A stretch of DNA of 64,000 bases, taken from Escherichia phage vB_EcoM_PhAPEC2. Location of the stretch: sequence record NC_024794.1. One strand, written 5' to 3'. The notes under the pieces are model-generated. The model searched no databases. It was not told the origin of the DNA and saw nothing but the letters and a program-made list of their open reading frames with translations. Below, piece by piece: positions 28,248-42,604 of the stretch. The stretch's first letter is position 1. Each line of letters starts with the position of its first letter. Made by a program: the position numbers and the translations under genes.

Positions 28248-29794
28248 GTAACAATACATATCAACACGTTTCGAACGAATCGGTATATGTTGAATTTGAC
28301 CCGGTAGGGTCAAATTTTGATAGTTCAATAACCAATGTCCAGGCAGCCTTAGCCTCAATTAGCGCATATGGTGTTAAAGGTGTTCCAGACGCAAGCGAAG
28401 CAGAAAAAGGTGTAATTCAATTAGCGACAGAACAAGAAGTTCTTGATGGATTTAATAGTACTAAAGCCGTTACTCCCGCCACATTAAATGCAAGACTTCA
28501 GTATCCTAACGCGTCAGAAACACAGTACGGCGTAACTAAATATGCAACACAAGAGGAGGCCATTGCTGGCACTTTAGACACTGTTTCTATTACTCCGCTT
28601 AAATTAAACCAAACTATTGATAACACGTTCTCTACTCGTTATTCAACAGAAACAACTAACGGTGTTATTAAAATTGCAACTCAAACCGCTGCACTTGCCG
28701 GGTCTGATGACACCACAGCAATGACTCCGCTTAAAACGCAGCAATTAGCAATAAAATTAATTTCTCAAATAGCTCCTAATAACGACCCGGCTTCAGAATC
28801 TATTACCGGTGTTGTGCGTTTAGCTACAGTGGCTCAAACACGTCAAGGAACTCTTCGCGAAGGATATGCAATTTCCCCATATACCTTTATGAATTCTGTT
28901 GCAACACAAGAATATAAAGGTGTTATACGTCTAGGAACACAAACGGAAATTAATAGTAATTTGGGAGATGTTGCTGTAACAGGTGAAACGCTAAATGGTA
29001 GAGGAGCTACCGGTTCTATGCGTGGAGTCGTAAAATTAACGACGCAGGCCGGTGTTGCACCCGAAGGCGATAGCTCTGGAGCATTAGCATGGAACGCAGA
29101 TGTAATTAATACACGCGGTGGGCAAACTATTAATGGTTCTTTAAATTTAGATCACCTCACAGCAAATGGAATTTGGTCGCGTGGCGGAATGTGGAAAAAC
29201 GGTGACCAGCCAGTTGCAACAGAGAGATATGCATCTGAACGTGTTCCTGTTGGAACAATTCAAATGTTCGCAGGTGATAGTGCTCCTCCAGGTTGGGTTT
29301 TATGTCATGGTGGGACCATTTCTGGAGACCAATTTCCGGACTATCGAAATGTGGTTGGAACGAGATTTGGCGGTGATTGGAATAATCCTGGAATTCCAGA
29401 CATGCGAGGTCTTTTTGTTAGAGGAGCTGGCACAGGCAGCCATATTTTAAATAATCGCGGTCAAGACGGCTATGGAAAGGATAGATTAGGCGTAGGATGT
29501 GACGGCATGCATGTTGGCGGTGTCCAAGCACAGCAAATGTCATATCATAAACACGCTGGTGGATGGGGCGAATATCAACGTCATGAGGCACCATTCGGAG
29601 CATCCGTATATCAAGGTTATTTGGGTACTAGAAAATACTCTGATTGGGATAATGCGTCATATTTCACAAATGACGGCTTCGAATTAGGTGGTCACCGTGA
29701 CGCAACAGGCACTCTTAACCGTGAAGGACTTATCGGATATGAGACTCGTCCATGGAATATATCTTTAAATTATATTATTAAAGTCCATTACTAA
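28244..29794 (+). CDS. 12: Short tail fibre gp12
   Basis: 516 aa with repetitive GVIxLAT motifs; order. Confidence 0.9.
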   Translation: MSNNTYQHVSNESVYVEFDPVGSNFDSSITNVQAALASISAYGVKGVPDASEAEKGVIQLATEQEVLDGFNSTKAVTPATLNARLQYPNASETQYGVTKYATQEEAIAGTLDTVSITPLKLNQTIDNTFSTRYSTETTNGVIKIATQTAALAGSDDTTAMTPLKTQQLAIKLISQIAPNNDPASESITGVVRLATVAQTRQGTLREGYAISPYTFMNSVATQEYKGVIRLGTQTEINSNLGDVAVTGETLNGRGATGSMRGVVKLTTQAGVAPEGDSSGALAWNADVINTRGGQTINGSLNLDHLTANGIWSRGGMWKNGDQPVATERYASERVPVGTIQMFAGDSAPPGWVLCHGGTISGDQFPDYRNVVGTRFGGDWNNPGIPDMRGLFVRGAGTGSHILNNRGQDGYGKDRLGVGCDGMHVGGVQAQQMSYHKHAGGWGEYQRHEAPFGASVYQGYLGTRKYSDWDNASYFTNDGFELGGHRDATGTLNREGLIGYETRPWNISLNYIIKVHY

Positions 29795-29803
29795 GGGTAA
29801 AAA

Positions 29804-31246
29804 ATGATCGAATTAAAAAGTCTACCATACGTTGATGGCCCTCCTGATGAGGGTCAAAAACGTTTAAACTGGATTAAAAATTCAGAAGAAATAACTGGCG
29901 CTGATACGTTATACGGTTCTGAAGGAGTAATGAACCGTCCAATAACAGAAGTTCAACGAAATGTAGAAACAATTAACGATAACGTTAAGACTATCGCAGA
30001 ATCTTTAGATACCGCTAATGCTGATATTGTCACAATTAAAAGTATCTTGGATGTTTCTGGTGACGTAGATGCTTTAGCACAAATTGGACATAACACTGAT
30101 GATATTGAAGTATTAAAACACACTGTAAATTCACACGGTGTTGATATTTTAAACACTGAAGAAAAACTAGATGATACTATTGCTAATATCGGAGTAGTTA
30201 ATCCAGAAACAGATTCGGTGTATCGTACGGTGCGTAACGACCTTCTTTGGATTAAAACCGAATTAGGGCAATATACTGGACAAGATATTAATGGTGTCCC
30301 AACCGAAGGTAATGAAAGCACCGGGATGAAACGACGTATTATTACTAACAGTTCAGTGTTGGTCGACCAAGGCGTTCGTTTAACCGAGTTAGAAAATAAA
30401 TTTGCCGATTCTGACGTTGGGGCTCTGACAACCGAAGTTGAAAACCTCCGTCAAGAAATAGGTCCTAGACCATCGTTAACAGTACCGATTTACACTCGTT
30501 TATCCGGTATTGATTCATCCATTTCTATCCAAACTAGAGATATTGCGGCATTAAAAGATTTTGTTGGATATCCTAATTCAACCGCTAGTAAAACTCAAGT
30601 CGAGGCCAATCGTCTTTCTATATCAACAATAAATTCAGACATTAACTCGCCTGGCGGTATTAAACCACGTTTGACAACGTTAGAAACTACTATAGGCTCT
30701 CCAGATTTACCAACTACTCTTCAGGGTAAGATCAAATTAAATACTGATTCTATTTCAGGTATTAACACAGTTTTAGGTGTTGATTCTTCTAGTGGTTTAC
30801 GTTTTAACGTAGCATGGCTCAATCAGGTGGTTGGCGTTGATTCAAATGGTGGACAACCTGAACCGGCTGGTTCACTTTTATATAGGACTCGTATTCTTGA
30901 AACTGGTGTTACTGACCTAGGCAATAACATTCAAAACGTTCAAACCGAATTGGGAACTAATTCGTCCGGTATTAAAGGACAAGTGACTAGTTTAAATAAA
31001 CTTATAAGCGGCACTAACCCAAACGGTCAAACCATAGAAGAACGTGGTATATTGCCAACAGTTAAAAACCATGACACAACAATTATGGCTTTAACTACGC
31101 GTGTTACCACTTTAGAAACAGACCTTGCTGCAGCAGAAGCAGAAATTCAGGCCCTTAAAGAGGCTGGATATATCGAAGATGCTCCTTCAGACGGTAAATT
31201 CTATGTTCGCAAAGATGGTGCATGGGTTGAACTTCCTACAGCTTAA
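29804..31246 (+). CDS. wac: Fibritin (whisker)
   Basis: Coiled-coil protein ending in foldon GYIEDAPSDGKFYVRKDGAWVELPTA. Confidence 0.95.
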   Translation: MIELKSLPYVDGPPDEGQKRLNWIKNSEEITGADTLYGSEGVMNRPITEVQRNVETINDNVKTIAESLDTANADIVTIKSILDVSGDVDALAQIGHNTDDIEVLKHTVNSHGVDILNTEEKLDDTIANIGVVNPETDSVYRTVRNDLLWIKTELGQYTGQDINGVPTEGNESTGMKRRIITNSSVLVDQGVRLTELENKFADSDVGALTTEVENLRQEIGPRPSLTVPIYTRLSGIDSSISIQTRDIAALKDFVGYPNSTASKTQVEANRLSISTINSDINSPGGIKPRLTTLETTIGSPDLPTTLQGKIKLNTDSISGINTVLGVDSSSGLRFNVAWLNQVVGVDSNGGQPEPAGSLLYRTRILETGVTDLGNNIQNVQTELGTNSSGIKGQVTSLNKLISGTNPNGQTIEERGILPTVKNHDTTIMALTTRVTTLETDLAAAEAEIQALKEAGYIEDAPSDGKFYVRKDGAWVELPTA

Positions 31247-31251
31247 TGAAA

Positions 31252-31267
31252 AGGGCCTTCGGGCCCT
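31252..31267 (+). terminator. Stem-loop GGGCC-UUCG-GGCCC after wac
   Basis: GC-rich hairpin with UUCG tetraloop immediately after the wac stop. Confidence 0.5.
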
Positions 31268-31278
31268 AAAGGATTTAT

Positions 31279-32205
31279 ATGTCAGGTTATAATGCACAAA
31301 ACCCTAAAGAATTAAAGGATGTAATATTACGTCGTTTAGGCGCTCCTATTGTAAATGTTGAATTAACTACAGACCAAATTTATGATTGTATTTCACGAGC
31401 GTTAGAACTTTATGGTGAATACCATTTTGACGGGTTGAATAAAGGTTTCCATGTATTTTTTGTTGATGACGAAGAAAAATACCGTCACGGCGTATTTGAT
31501 ATGCGTGGTTCTAACGTATTTGCTGTAACAAGAATTATAAGAACAAATGTTGGCTCTATTACTTCAATGGATGGTAATGCAACTTATCCGTGGTTCACTG
31601 ATTTCCTTTTAGGAATGGCTGGTGTTTCAGGTGGTATGGGTAGTAATTGTGGTAAATTCTACGGTCCGAACGCTTTTGGCGCTGATCTAGGGTATTATTC
31701 TCAATTAGTATCTTATATGGGTATGCTTCAAGATATGATTGCTCCTCTTCCAGATTTTTGGTTTAACTCTGCAAACGAGCAATTAAAAGTAATGGGTAAC
31801 TTTAGACAGAAAGATGTCATTATCGTTGAATCATATGTTCGCTCTTATATCGAGACCCATAAGATGGTAGGAAATACAGTAGGTTATGGGCAGGTCGGTC
31901 CTCGTGATTCATGGTCTATTTCTGAGCGGTATGACAACCCGGACCATAATTTGGTCGGACGACGAGTTGGTGAAGATCCTGCAACCAAACAAGGCGCATA
32001 TAACAACCGCTGGGTTAAAGATTATGCAACTGCATTAGCTAAAGAGCTTAATGGACAAATTCTTGCTAAACATCAAGGTATGATGTTACCTGGTGGTGTC
32101 ACTGTTGACGGTGTTCGATTAATTGAAGAAGCCCGTTTAGAGAAAGAAGCTTTACGAGAAGAGTTATATTTACTAGACCCTCCTGCAGGTATTTTGGTAG
32201 GTTAA
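31279..32205 (+). CDS. 13: Neck protein gp13
   Basis: 308 aa (T4 309); order. Confidence 0.9.
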   Translation: MSGYNAQNPKELKDVILRRLGAPIVNVELTTDQIYDCISRALELYGEYHFDGLNKGFHVFFVDDEEKYRHGVFDMRGSNVFAVTRIIRTNVGSITSMDGNATYPWFTDFLLGMAGVSGGMGSNCGKFYGPNAFGADLGYYSQLVSYMGMLQDMIAPLPDFWFNSANEQLKVMGNFRQKDVIIVESYVRSYIETHKMVGNTVGYGQVGPRDSWSISERYDNPDHNLVGRRVGEDPATKQGAYNNRWVKDYATALAKELNGQILAKHQGMMLPGGVTVDGVRLIEEARLEKEALREELYLLDPPAGILVG

Positions 32206-32206
32206 T

Positions 32207-32971
32207 ATGGCAACTTATGATAAAAATCTTTTCGCCAAACTAGAAAATCGCGGTGGGTATTCTCAGACAAATGAGACCGAAATCCTCAATCCATTTGTCA
32301 ATTTTAATAACTATGAGAATAGTCAGACATTAGCCGATGTTCTAGTGGCAGAAAGCATACAAATGCGCGGTATTGAGTGTTTTTATGTTCCACGTGAATA
32401 TGTTGCCGTGGACCTTATCTTTGGTGAAGACCTTAAAAATAAATTTACTAAAGCATGGAAATTTGCTGCATATCTGAACTCTTTTGAAGGTTATGAAGGA
32501 GCGAAATCGTTCTTCAGCAACTTCGGAATGCAAGTTCAAGACGAAGTTACATTATCTATTAACCCGGGTCTTTTCAAACACCAGGTCAACAATCAGGAGC
32601 CTAAGGAAGGTGATTTAATATACTTCCCAATGGACAACAGTTTGTTTGAGATTAACTGGGTTGAACCATATGACCCATTCTATCAAGTAGGTAAAAATGC
32701 GATTCGTAAAATTACTGCAGGCAAGTTTATTTACTCTGGCGAAGAAATCAATCCGGTGCTTCAGAAAAATGAAGGTATCAATATACCTGAATTTAGTGAC
32801 TTGGAACTTAACCCTGTTAGAAATCTTGACGGTATCCATGACATTAATATCGATGAATATTCTGAAGTTGAGCAAATCAATTCAGAGGCAAGTGAATACG
32901 TTGAACCGTACGTAGTAGTTAACAACCGTGGTAGACAAAATTCACCATTTGACGATGGGTTTATGAATTAA
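32207..32971 (+). CDS. 14: Neck protein gp14
   Basis: 254 aa (T4 256); order. Confidence 0.9.
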   Translation: MATYDKNLFAKLENRGGYSQTNETEILNPFVNFNNYENSQTLADVLVAESIQMRGIECFYVPREYVAVDLIFGEDLKNKFTKAWKFAAYLNSFEGYEGAKSFFSNFGMQVQDEVTLSINPGLFKHQVNNQEPKEGDLIYFPMDNSLFEINWVEPYDPFYQVGKNAIRKITAGKFIYSGEEINPVLQKNEGINIPEFSDLELNPVRNLDGIHDINIDEYSEVEQINSEASEYVEPYVVVNNRGRQNSPFDDGFMN

Positions 32972-33023
32972 TAAATAAATAAGATAAAGCAAACACCGGT
33001 CGAAAGGCCGGTTAGGAGAAATG

Positions 33024-33845
33024 ATGTTTGGCTATTTTTACAACTCGTCGTTCAGGCGATATATCACAATGATGGGCGATTTGTTTTCAAATATCCAAGT
33101 TAACCGTCAATTGTCTACAGGCAATAAATTAATTAGAGTTCCTATTACGTATGCATCTAAAGAGCACTTTATGATGAAACTTAATAAATGGACCTCTATA
33201 AACTCACAAGAAGATGTGGCTAAAGTCGAAACTATTCTACCACGTATAAATCTCCAAATGGTAGATTTCGTTTATAACCCAACGTTTAAAACGAATATAT
33301 TGAATAACTCTCTTTTGAGTAAATCGACTAAGGATATTGTAGACCAATACAACCCATCACCAATTAAAATGATTTTTGAACTGAGCATCTTTACTCGTTA
33401 TGAAGATGATATGTTCCAAATCGTCGAGCAAATTATTCCATATTTTCAGCCGCATTTTAATACGACTATGATTGAGCAATATGGGCAGGATATTCCATTT
33501 GAAAGGGATATTAAAGTCGTATGGATGGCAGCAGCAATGGATGAACAAATAGACGGTGATAATTTATCTCGTCGACGTTTAGAGTGGTCATTAACATTTG
33601 AAGTAAATGGATGGATGTATCCTCCGGTAGGCGCAGCTGAAGGCCTTATTAAAACGACTTATCTTGATTTTCATGCTAATGAACGAGACCTTCAAACAGC
33701 CGCCAGTGTTTTTGAATCAGTTGATACAGAAATTAAACCGAGAGACGTTGAAGCACAAGATTGGAATGGCGAAGTTGAACAAACTTATACTCATGATATT
33801 CCAATCCCGACTCCACCAACCCCTCCTGGTCCTAGAAAACAATAA
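33024..33845 (+). CDS. 15: Tail terminator / sheath stabiliser gp15
   Basis: MFGYFYNSSFRRY... matches the T4 gp15 start. Confidence 0.9.
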   Translation: MFGYFYNSSFRRYITMMGDLFSNIQVNRQLSTGNKLIRVPITYASKEHFMMKLNKWTSINSQEDVAKVETILPRINLQMVDFVYNPTFKTNILNNSLLSKSTKDIVDQYNPSPIKMIFELSIFTRYEDDMFQIVEQIIPYFQPHFNTTMIEQYGQDIPFERDIKVVWMAAAMDEQIDGDNLSRRRLEWSLTFEVNGWMYPPVGAAEGLIKTTYLDFHANERDLQTAASVFESVDTEIKPRDVEAQDWNGEVEQTYTHDIPIPTPPTPPGPRKQ

Positions 33846-33854
33846 GAGGTAAAT

Positions 33855-36171
<2,317 letters not shown>

Positions 36172-36198
36172 AAATAAAGCAAATTAAGAGGAATTAAA

Positions 36199-38181
36199 AT
36201 GGCACTTCTCTCTCCGGGCGTTGAGCTCAAAGAAACTACCGTACAGAGTACTGTAGTTAATAACTCCACTGGTACTGCTGCCCTGGCTGGAAAATTCCAA
36301 TGGGGACCGGCATTCCAGATTAAACAAATCACTGATGAAGTTGCATTAGTTGATATGTTTGGTACTCCTAATACGGATACAGCAGATTATTTCATGTCTG
36401 CTATGAACTTCCTTCAATATGGTAACGACCTTCGTGTTGTACGCGCAGTCGATCGTGATACTGCTAAGAACTCATCTCCTGTAGCAGGTAATATTGAATT
36501 CACAATCTCTGCCACTGGTAGTAACTATGCGGTTGGTGATAAAATTATCGTTAAGTATTTGACCGAAACTGTTGAAGCAGATGGTTATGTCACTTCAGTT
36601 GATGTCGATGGTAAAATTCTTAACATTTATATCCCAACTGGTAAAATTATTGCTAAAGCGAAAGAAATCGGCGAATATCCTGAATTAGGTTCTAACTGGA
36701 CCGCCGAAGTTGCCAGTTCTTCTTCTGGACTCTCTGGCGTTATTACAATTGGTTCTATCGTAACCGATTCTGGTATTCTGTTAACTGAAGTTGAAACTTC
36801 TGAAGAAGCTATTACTTCTCTAACTTTCCAAGAATCTATTAAAAAATATGGCGTCCCGGGCGTAGTTGCTCTTTATCCTGGTGAACTTGGCGACCAGCTC
36901 GAAATTGAAATCGTATCTAAAGCAGAATATGACAAAGGTGCTTCGGCCCAGTTAAAAATTTATCCTGACGGTGGCACTCGTGCATCTACTGCTAAAGCAA
37001 TCTTTGGGTACGGCCCACAGACTGATGACCAATATGCAATTATCGTTCGTCGCAACGACGCGGTAGTCCAGAGCGTAGTTCTTTCTACTAAACGTGGTGA
37101 ACGCGATATTTATGGTAGCAATATCTTCATTGATGATTTCTTTGCTAAAGGCGCAAGCAATTATATTTTCGCTACGGCACAAGGTTGGCCAAAAGGTTTC
37201 TCTGGTGTAATCAAACTGAATGGTGGCTTATCATCTAATGAAACGGTTGAAGCCGGTGATTTAATGGAAGCTTGGGATTTGTTTGCTGACCGTGAATCGG
37301 TTAATGCACAGTTGTTTATTGCTGGTTCTTGTGCTGGTGAATCTTTAGAAGTTGCTTCTACAGTTCAGAAACATGTTGTAGCAATTGGTGATTCTCGTCA
37401 AGATTGCTTGGTTCTTTGCTCACCGCCACGTGCAACTATAGTCGGTATTCCTGTTAATCGTGCAGTTGATAATCTGGTTGATTGGCGTACAGCGTCAGGA
37501 ACTTACACTGATAATAACTTTAATATAAGTTCTACTTATGCTGCTATTGATGGTAACTATAAATATCAATATGACAAATATAACGATGTGAATCGTTGGG
37601 TTCCATTAGCTGCTGATATCGCCGGTCTTTGTGCTCGAACAGACAATATTTCTCAGCCTTGGATGTCTCCAGCCGGTTATAACCGTGGACAAATTCTTAA
37701 CGTTATTAAGCTTGCAATTGAAACTCGTCAAGCACAAAGAGATCGTTTGTACCAGGAAGCTATTAACCCTGTTACTGGTACCGGTGGTGATGGATATGTT
37801 CTGTATGGTGATAAAACTGCCACTTCTGTTCCTTCGCCATTTGACCGTATTAACGTACGTCGTTTGTTTAACATGGTTAAAACGAACATTGGTTCGGCAT
37901 CCAAATACCGCCTATTTGAATTGAACAACGCGTTTACCCGTTCTTCTTTCCGTACAGAGACTTCTCAATATCTACAGGGTATTAAAGCTCTTGGTGGTGT
38001 ATATAACTTTAAAGTTGTTTGTGATACTACCAATAACACCCCAGCAGTTATCGACCGTAATGAATTTGTAGCTACTTTCTACTTACAACCTGCCCGCTCG
38101 ATAAATTATATTACGTTGAACTTTGTAGCAACAGCAACTGGCGCTGATTTCGACGAACTGATTGGTGCTGTAGGTGGCTAA
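36199..38181 (+). CDS. 18: Tail sheath gp18
   Basis: 660 aa; MALLSPGVELKETTVQS... Confidence 0.97.
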   Translation: MALLSPGVELKETTVQSTVVNNSTGTAALAGKFQWGPAFQIKQITDEVALVDMFGTPNTDTADYFMSAMNFLQYGNDLRVVRAVDRDTAKNSSPVAGNIEFTISATGSNYAVGDKIIVKYLTETVEADGYVTSVDVDGKILNIYIPTGKIIAKAKEIGEYPELGSNWTAEVASSSSGLSGVITIGSIVTDSGILLTEVETSEEAITSLTFQESIKKYGVPGVVALYPGELGDQLEIEIVSKAEYDKGASAQLKIYPDGGTRASTAKAIFGYGPQTDDQYAIIVRRNDAVVQSVVLSTKRGERDIYGSNIFIDDFFAKGASNYIFATAQGWPKGFSGVIKLNGGLSSNETVEAGDLMEAWDLFADRESVNAQLFIAGSCAGESLEVASTVQKHVVAIGDSRQDCLVLCSPPRATIVGIPVNRAVDNLVDWRTASGTYTDNNFNISSTYAAIDGNYKYQYDKYNDVNRWVPLAADIAGLCARTDNISQPWMSPAGYNRGQILNVIKLAIETRQAQRDRLYQEAINPVTGTGGDGYVLYGDKTATSVPSPFDRINVRRLFNMVKTNIGSASKYRLFELNNAFTRSSFRTETSQYLQGIKALGGVYNFKVVCDTTNNTPAVIDRNEFVATFYLQPARSINYITLNFVATATGADFDELIGAVGG

Positions 38182-38194
38182 TAAGACGCCTGAT

Positions 38195-38212
38195 GGGCTA
38201 TTTCGGTAGCCC
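38195..38212 (+). terminator. Stem-loop GGGCUAU-UUCG-GUAGCCC after gp18
   Basis: 7-bp stem with one G-U pair and UUCG loop. Confidence 0.5.
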
Positions 38213-38213
38213 A

Positions 38214-38221
38214 TATAAATA
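38214..38221 (+). promoter_or_regulatory. Late promoter (TATAAATA), possibly for gp19
   Basis: Exact consensus between gp18 and gp19; 73-nt leader. Confidence 0.45.
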
Positions 38222-38293
38222 TACTATATCGTTTAAAAATTAATTCTATGGGCATCCGGTTAATCCTAAGCCCATATTACTACAGAGGCTAAT

Positions 38294-38785
38294 ATGTTTG
38301 TAGATGACGTAACTCGTGCCTTCGAATCTGGTGATTTCGCTCGCCCTAACCTGTTCGAAGTAGAAATCTCTTATCTTGGGCAAAACTTTAGCTTCCAGTG
38401 TCGTGCTACGGCTCTTCCTGCTGCGATCGTTGAAAAGGTTCCTGTTTCTTATATGAACCGTAAAATTAACGTGGCCGGTGATCGTACATTCGATGATTGG
38501 ACTATTACAGTAATGAACGATGATGCTCATAGCATTCGTCAGAAATTTGTTGATTGGCAAGGTATTGCAGCAGGACAAGGTAATGAAATTACCGGTGGTA
38601 AACCTGCTGAATATAAAAAGTCTGCTATCGTTCGTCAATTTGCTCGTGATGCTAAAACAGTCACTAAAGAAGTTGAAATTGTCGGCTTGTGGCCTACTAA
38701 CGTTGGCGAAGTATCTCTTGACTGGGACAGCAATAACGAGATTGAAACGTTCGAAGTAACTCTTGCTCTTGATTGGTGGGAATAA
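38294..38785 (+). CDS. 19: Tail tube gp19
   Basis: 163 aa as in T4. Confidence 0.95.
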   Translation: MFVDDVTRAFESGDFARPNLFEVEISYLGQNFSFQCRATALPAAIVEKVPVSYMNRKINVAGDRTFDDWTITVMNDDAHSIRQKFVDWQGIAAGQGNEITGGKPAEYKKSAIVRQFARDAKTVTKEVEIVGLWPTNVGEVSLDWDSNNEIETFEVTLALDWWE

Positions 38786-38792
38786 TCTTGTT

Positions 38793-38806
38793 GGGGAGAA
38801 ATCCCC
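38793..38806 (+). terminator. Stem-loop GGGGA-GAAA-UCCCC after gp19
   Basis: GNRA-tetraloop hairpin just after the gp19 stop. Confidence 0.4.
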
Positions 38807-38833
38807 AGCTTCCCGTGATGACGGAGAAGTCCA

Positions 38834-38841
38834 TATAAATA
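38834..38841 (+). promoter_or_regulatory. Late promoter (TATAAATA) for gp20
   Basis: Consensus 29 nt upstream of the portal ATG. Confidence 0.65.
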
Positions 38842-38869
38842 TAACTATAATTCCCATTCGGAGAATACA

Positions 38870-40441
38870 ATGAAATTTAATATCTTAAGTTTGTTTGCTC
38901 CATGGGCAAAAATGGACGAACGTGATTACAAAGACCAAGAAAAAGAAAATTTAGAATCGATCACCTCACCAAAATTAGATGACGGCGCTAAAGAATACGA
39001 AGTATCTGAAAATGAAGCACAGCAAACATATAATGCTATGTTTCAGAGAATGTTCGGTAGTCAAGAACCAGGGCTCAAATCAACCCGTGAATTAATCGAT
39101 ACGTATCGAAATTTGATGACGAACTATGAAGTGGATAATGCAGTCTCTGAAATAGTTTCCGATGCTATTGTATATGAAGATGATACAGAAGTCGTTTCTA
39201 TAAATTTAGACAACACAAAATTTAGTCCAAATATAAAATCAATGGTGTTGGATGAATTTAACGAAGTGTTGAATCATTTATCTTTCCAACGTAAAGGTTC
39301 AGACCATTTTAGGCGTTGGTATGTAGATTCTCGAATTTTCTTCCATAAAATTATTGACCCTAAACGCCCTAAAGAAGGTATTAAAGAGCTTCGTCGTTTA
39401 GACCCACGTCAAGTTCAATATGTCCGTGAAGTTATTACAACCACTGAAGCCGGTGTTAAAATAGTCAAGGGTTATAAAGAATATTTCATTTATGACACAT
39501 CACACGAATCTTATGCTTGTGATGGACGCATATATGAAGCTGGCACAAAAATAAAAATCCCTAAAGCCGCGATTGTTTATGCCCATTCTGGTTTAGTCGA
39601 TTGTTGTGGTAAAAATATCATTGGTTATTTGCATCGGGCTATTAAGCCGGCGAACCAATTAAAACTTCTTGAAGACGCCGTCGTAATTTATCGTATTACT
39701 CGTGCTCCCGATCGTCGTGTATGGTACGTTGATACAGGTAATATGCCTTCAAGAAAAGCAGCAGAACATATGCAACATGTTATGAATACGATGAAAAACC
39801 GTATTGCATATGATGCTACTACAGGCAAGATTAAAAACCAGCAGCATATTATGTCGATGACCGAAGATTATTGGTTACAACGACGTGATGGTAAAGCAGT
39901 AACAGAAGTTGATACATTACCAGGTGCAGATAATACTGGAAATATGGAAGATGTACGTTGGTTCCGTAATGCGCTTTATATGGCTTTACGTATTCCTATT
40001 ACCCGTATTCCAAGTGACCAAGGTGGTATACAGTTTGATGCTGGTACTTCTATTACACGAGATGAATTGACATTTGGCAAATTTATTCGTGAGCTGCAAC
40101 ATAAATTTGAAGAGATATTCCTAGACCCGCTTAAAACCAATTTAATTCTTAAAGGAATTATTACAGAAGATGAGTGGAATGATGAAATAAATAATATTAA
40201 GATAAAATTTCATCGGGATAGTTATTTCTCGGAATTAAAGGATGCTGAGATTCTGGAGCGTCGCATTAATATGCTTCAGATGGCCGAACCATTTATTGGT
40301 AAATATATTTCTCACAGAACAGCTATGAAAGATATTCTTCAGATGTCTGACGAGGAAATTGAACAAGAGGCTAAGCAAATTGAAGAAGAGTCGAAAGAGG
40401 CTCGTTTCCAAGACCCCGACCAAGAACAAGAGGATTTTTAA
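38870..40441 (+). CDS. 20: Portal vertex protein gp20
   Basis: 523 aa (T4 524); order. Confidence 0.95.
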   Translation: MKFNILSLFAPWAKMDERDYKDQEKENLESITSPKLDDGAKEYEVSENEAQQTYNAMFQRMFGSQEPGLKSTRELIDTYRNLMTNYEVDNAVSEIVSDAIVYEDDTEVVSINLDNTKFSPNIKSMVLDEFNEVLNHLSFQRKGSDHFRRWYVDSRIFFHKIIDPKRPKEGIKELRRLDPRQVQYVREVITTTEAGVKIVKGYKEYFIYDTSHESYACDGRIYEAGTKIKIPKAAIVYAHSGLVDCCGKNIIGYLHRAIKPANQLKLLEDAVVIYRITRAPDRRVWYVDTGNMPSRKAAEHMQHVMNTMKNRIAYDATTGKIKNQQHIMSMTEDYWLQRRDGKAVTEVDTLPGADNTGNMEDVRWFRNALYMALRIPITRIPSDQGGIQFDAGTSITRDELTFGKFIRELQHKFEEIFLDPLKTNLILKGIITEDEWNDEINNIKIKFHRDSYFSELKDAEILERRINMLQMAEPFIGKYISHRTAMKDILQMSDEEIEQEAKQIEEESKEARFQDPDQEQEDF

Positions 40442-40674
40442 TGGACGATTTAATTCAAGCTATTAAATCAAACGACCTCGTTGCTACTCGAAAGTTTTTT
40501 GAAAGTGCAATGGCAGAAAAAACGGTTCGTTTGATTGAAGCACGCAAAGCAGAAATCGCTTCTCAATTTTTGATTGAAGGCGAAGAACCTGAAGAAGAAG
40601 AAAAGAACGCTTCGGAAGACGACGCTGATGAAGGCGATGACGACGAAGACGAAGATGATGAGGACGATGAATAA
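40441..40674 (+). CDS. 67: Prohead core protein gp67
   Basis: 77 aa with acidic tail; position. Confidence 0.8.
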   Translation: MDDLIQAIKSNDLVATRKFFESAMAEKTVRLIEARKAEIASQFLIEGEEPEEEEKNASEDDADEGDDDEDEDDEDDE

Positions 40675-41099
40675 TGTATCTTATCCCTGAATCTTATGAA
40701 TTGGTACTCGAAAATGTCGAAGCACTTATTCCTGAAGCACAGGGCCGAATCGATGCATTGTCTTCTGCTCTCGATATTGACGATATAAATACTATTATCG
40801 AGAACATGCTTGAAACTGAAACGGATTTAGCTGTTGCAATGGCTTCCATTATTAATGAAGAACAGTTAAATGAGTTTATCGTTAAACATGTTTCTTCTCG
40901 TGGTGAAGTCACTCGCACTAAAGACCGTAAAACTCGTGAACGTAACGCGTTCCAAACAACTGGTCTTTCTAAAGCAAAACGTAGACAAATCGCTCGTAAG
41001 GTCGTTAAAGCTAAAAAAGCTAACCCTTCAGGCCAAGTTAAAGGCTTGCGTAAGCGTAAAAAAGCTCTTAAACGTCGTAAAGCATTAGGATTAAGCTAA
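40674..41099 (+). CDS. 68: Prohead core protein gp68
   Basis: 141 aa as in T4. Confidence 0.8.
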   Translation: MYLIPESYELVLENVEALIPEAQGRIDALSSALDIDDINTIIENMLETETDLAVAMASIINEEQLNEFIVKHVSSRGEVTRTKDRKTRERNAFQTTGLSKAKRRQIARKVVKAKKANPSGQVKGLRKRKKALKRRKALGLS

Positions 41100-41740
41100 T
41101 GAATAAACCCGAGTTACTTATTGAAACTTGGGGTCAACCCGGTGAGATTATTGATGGCGTTCCAATGTTGGAATCTCATGATGGAAAAGATTCTGGCTTA
41201 AAACCAGGGCTTTATATAGAAGGTATTTTTCTTCAGGCAGAGGTTGTTAACCGAAATAAACGTTTATATCCTAAACGCGTTTTAGAAAAAGCGGTAAGTG
41301 ACTATATTAAAGAACAAGTCGCAACCAAACAAGCCCTTGGAGAATTAAACCATCCACCTCGTGCAAATGTTGACCCCATGCAAGCCGCTATCATTATTGA
41401 AGATATGTGGTGGAAAGGAAACGATGTATATGGACGTGCTAGAATTATTGAAGGCGACCATGGTCCCGGCGATAAATTAGCCGCTAATATACGAGCTGGT
41501 TGGATTCCAGGTGTTTCCTCTCGTGGTCTTGGTTCTTTAACCGACACCAATAAAGGGTACCGTATCGTGAACGAAGGATTTAAATTAACCGTCGGCGTAG
41601 ATGCCGTATGGGGACCTTCTGCTCCAGATGCTTGGGTTACTCCTAAACAAATATCAGAATCAGAAAATTCGGTGGAAATCACCAAAAACAGTGCTGACGA
41701 AGCATTTAAAGCTCTCGCAGAGAGTTTAAAAGCATTATAA
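41099..41740 (+). CDS. 21: Prohead protease gp21
   Basis: 213 aa; position between 68 and 22. Confidence 0.9.
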   Translation: MNKPELLIETWGQPGEIIDGVPMLESHDGKDSGLKPGLYIEGIFLQAEVVNRNKRLYPKRVLEKAVSDYIKEQVATKQALGELNHPPRANVDPMQAAIIIEDMWWKGNDVYGRARIIEGDHGPGDKLAANIRAGWIPGVSSRGLGSLTDTNKGYRIVNEGFKLTVGVDAVWGPSAPDAWVTPKQISESENSVEITKNSADEAFKALAESLKAL

Positions 41741-41774
41741 ATAATAATGTAATCTTAAACCACAGGACACTAAA

Positions 41775-42587
41775 ATGATCAAAGAACAACTTTTGAAAGA
41801 AGCTCAGAACATCGAGACTTCAGTTGCTCTTAATAGTGTTTTCGAATCAGTAGAACTGTCTCCGGACGTTAAAGCTAATTTCAGCACTGTATTCGAAGCC
41901 ACCGTTAAGCAGGAAGCAGTCAAACTGGCTGAATCTCATATCAAAGCCATCGCCGAAAAGGCCGAAGAAGAAGTTGAAAAGGCTAAAGAAGATGCTGAAG
42001 AGAAAGCTGATAAAAAATTGACTGAACAAGCTTCTAAATTCCTAGACCATCTTGCAAAAGAATGGCTCGCAGAAAACCAAATCGCAGTTGATAAAGGCAT
42101 TAAAGCTGATTTGTTCGAATCCATGCTTGGTGGTCTGAAAGAACTGTTTGTTGAACATAACGTTGTTGTTCCAGAAGAATCTGTAGATGTTGTAGCAGAA
42201 ATGGAAGAAGAGCTGGCCGAACATAAAGAAGAAACCGCTCGTTTGTTCGAAGAAGTTACCAAACGTGATGCATATATCAATTACGTTCAGCGTGAAACCG
42301 CTATTAATGAAAGCGTAAAAGACCTGACTGAATCTCAGAAAGAAAAAGTTATTGGCCTGGTTGAAGGTATGGATTATTCTGACGCATTTGGTACTAAGTT
42401 AACTGCTATTGTAGAAATGGTTAAAGGTTCTACTAAAGAAGAAGCCGCTATTACCGAAAATATAAATACAGTTGACAATGACGCTGCCGGTCTTAATTTT
42501 GTTGCCGAAGCAGTTGACACTACCACAACTCAGGTAGAACAGAATTCTAATGTAAGTTTATATGCGAAAGTCGCATCTCGTTTCTAA
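41775..42587 (+). CDS. 22: Major prohead scaffold gp22
   Basis: 270 aa, acidic and helical; order. Confidence 0.9.
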   Translation: MIKEQLLKEAQNIETSVALNSVFESVELSPDVKANFSTVFEATVKQEAVKLAESHIKAIAEKAEEEVEKAKEDAEEKADKKLTEQASKFLDHLAKEWLAENQIAVDKGIKADLFESMLGGLKELFVEHNVVVPEESVDVVAEMEEELAEHKEETARLFEEVTKRDAYINYVQRETAINESVKDLTESQKEKVIGLVEGMDYSDAFGTKLTAIVEMVKGSTKEEAAITENINTVDNDAAGLNFVAEAVDTTTTQVEQNSNVSLYAKVASRF

Positions 42588-42604
42588 TTTAAAGGTTAAC
42601 ACAA

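Noticed and set aside
38246-38857. 203-aa minus-strand ORF antisense to tail tube gene 19
   Set aside because: It lies entirely inside the conserved gp19 coding region on the other strand; no promoter or Shine-Dalgarno. Other antisense ORFs inside gp5, gp7, gp10, wac, gp21, gp22 and gp23 are rejected for the same reason (e.g. 17023-17355, 21847-22047, 26838-27137, 29953-30321, 41302-41685, 42596-43180, 43769-44239).
40620-40675. GAT/GAA-rich low-complexity repeat
   Set aside because: It encodes the acidic C-terminal tail of prohead core protein gp67 (and similarly uvsW.1 at 51175-51205); a coding feature, not a repeat element.
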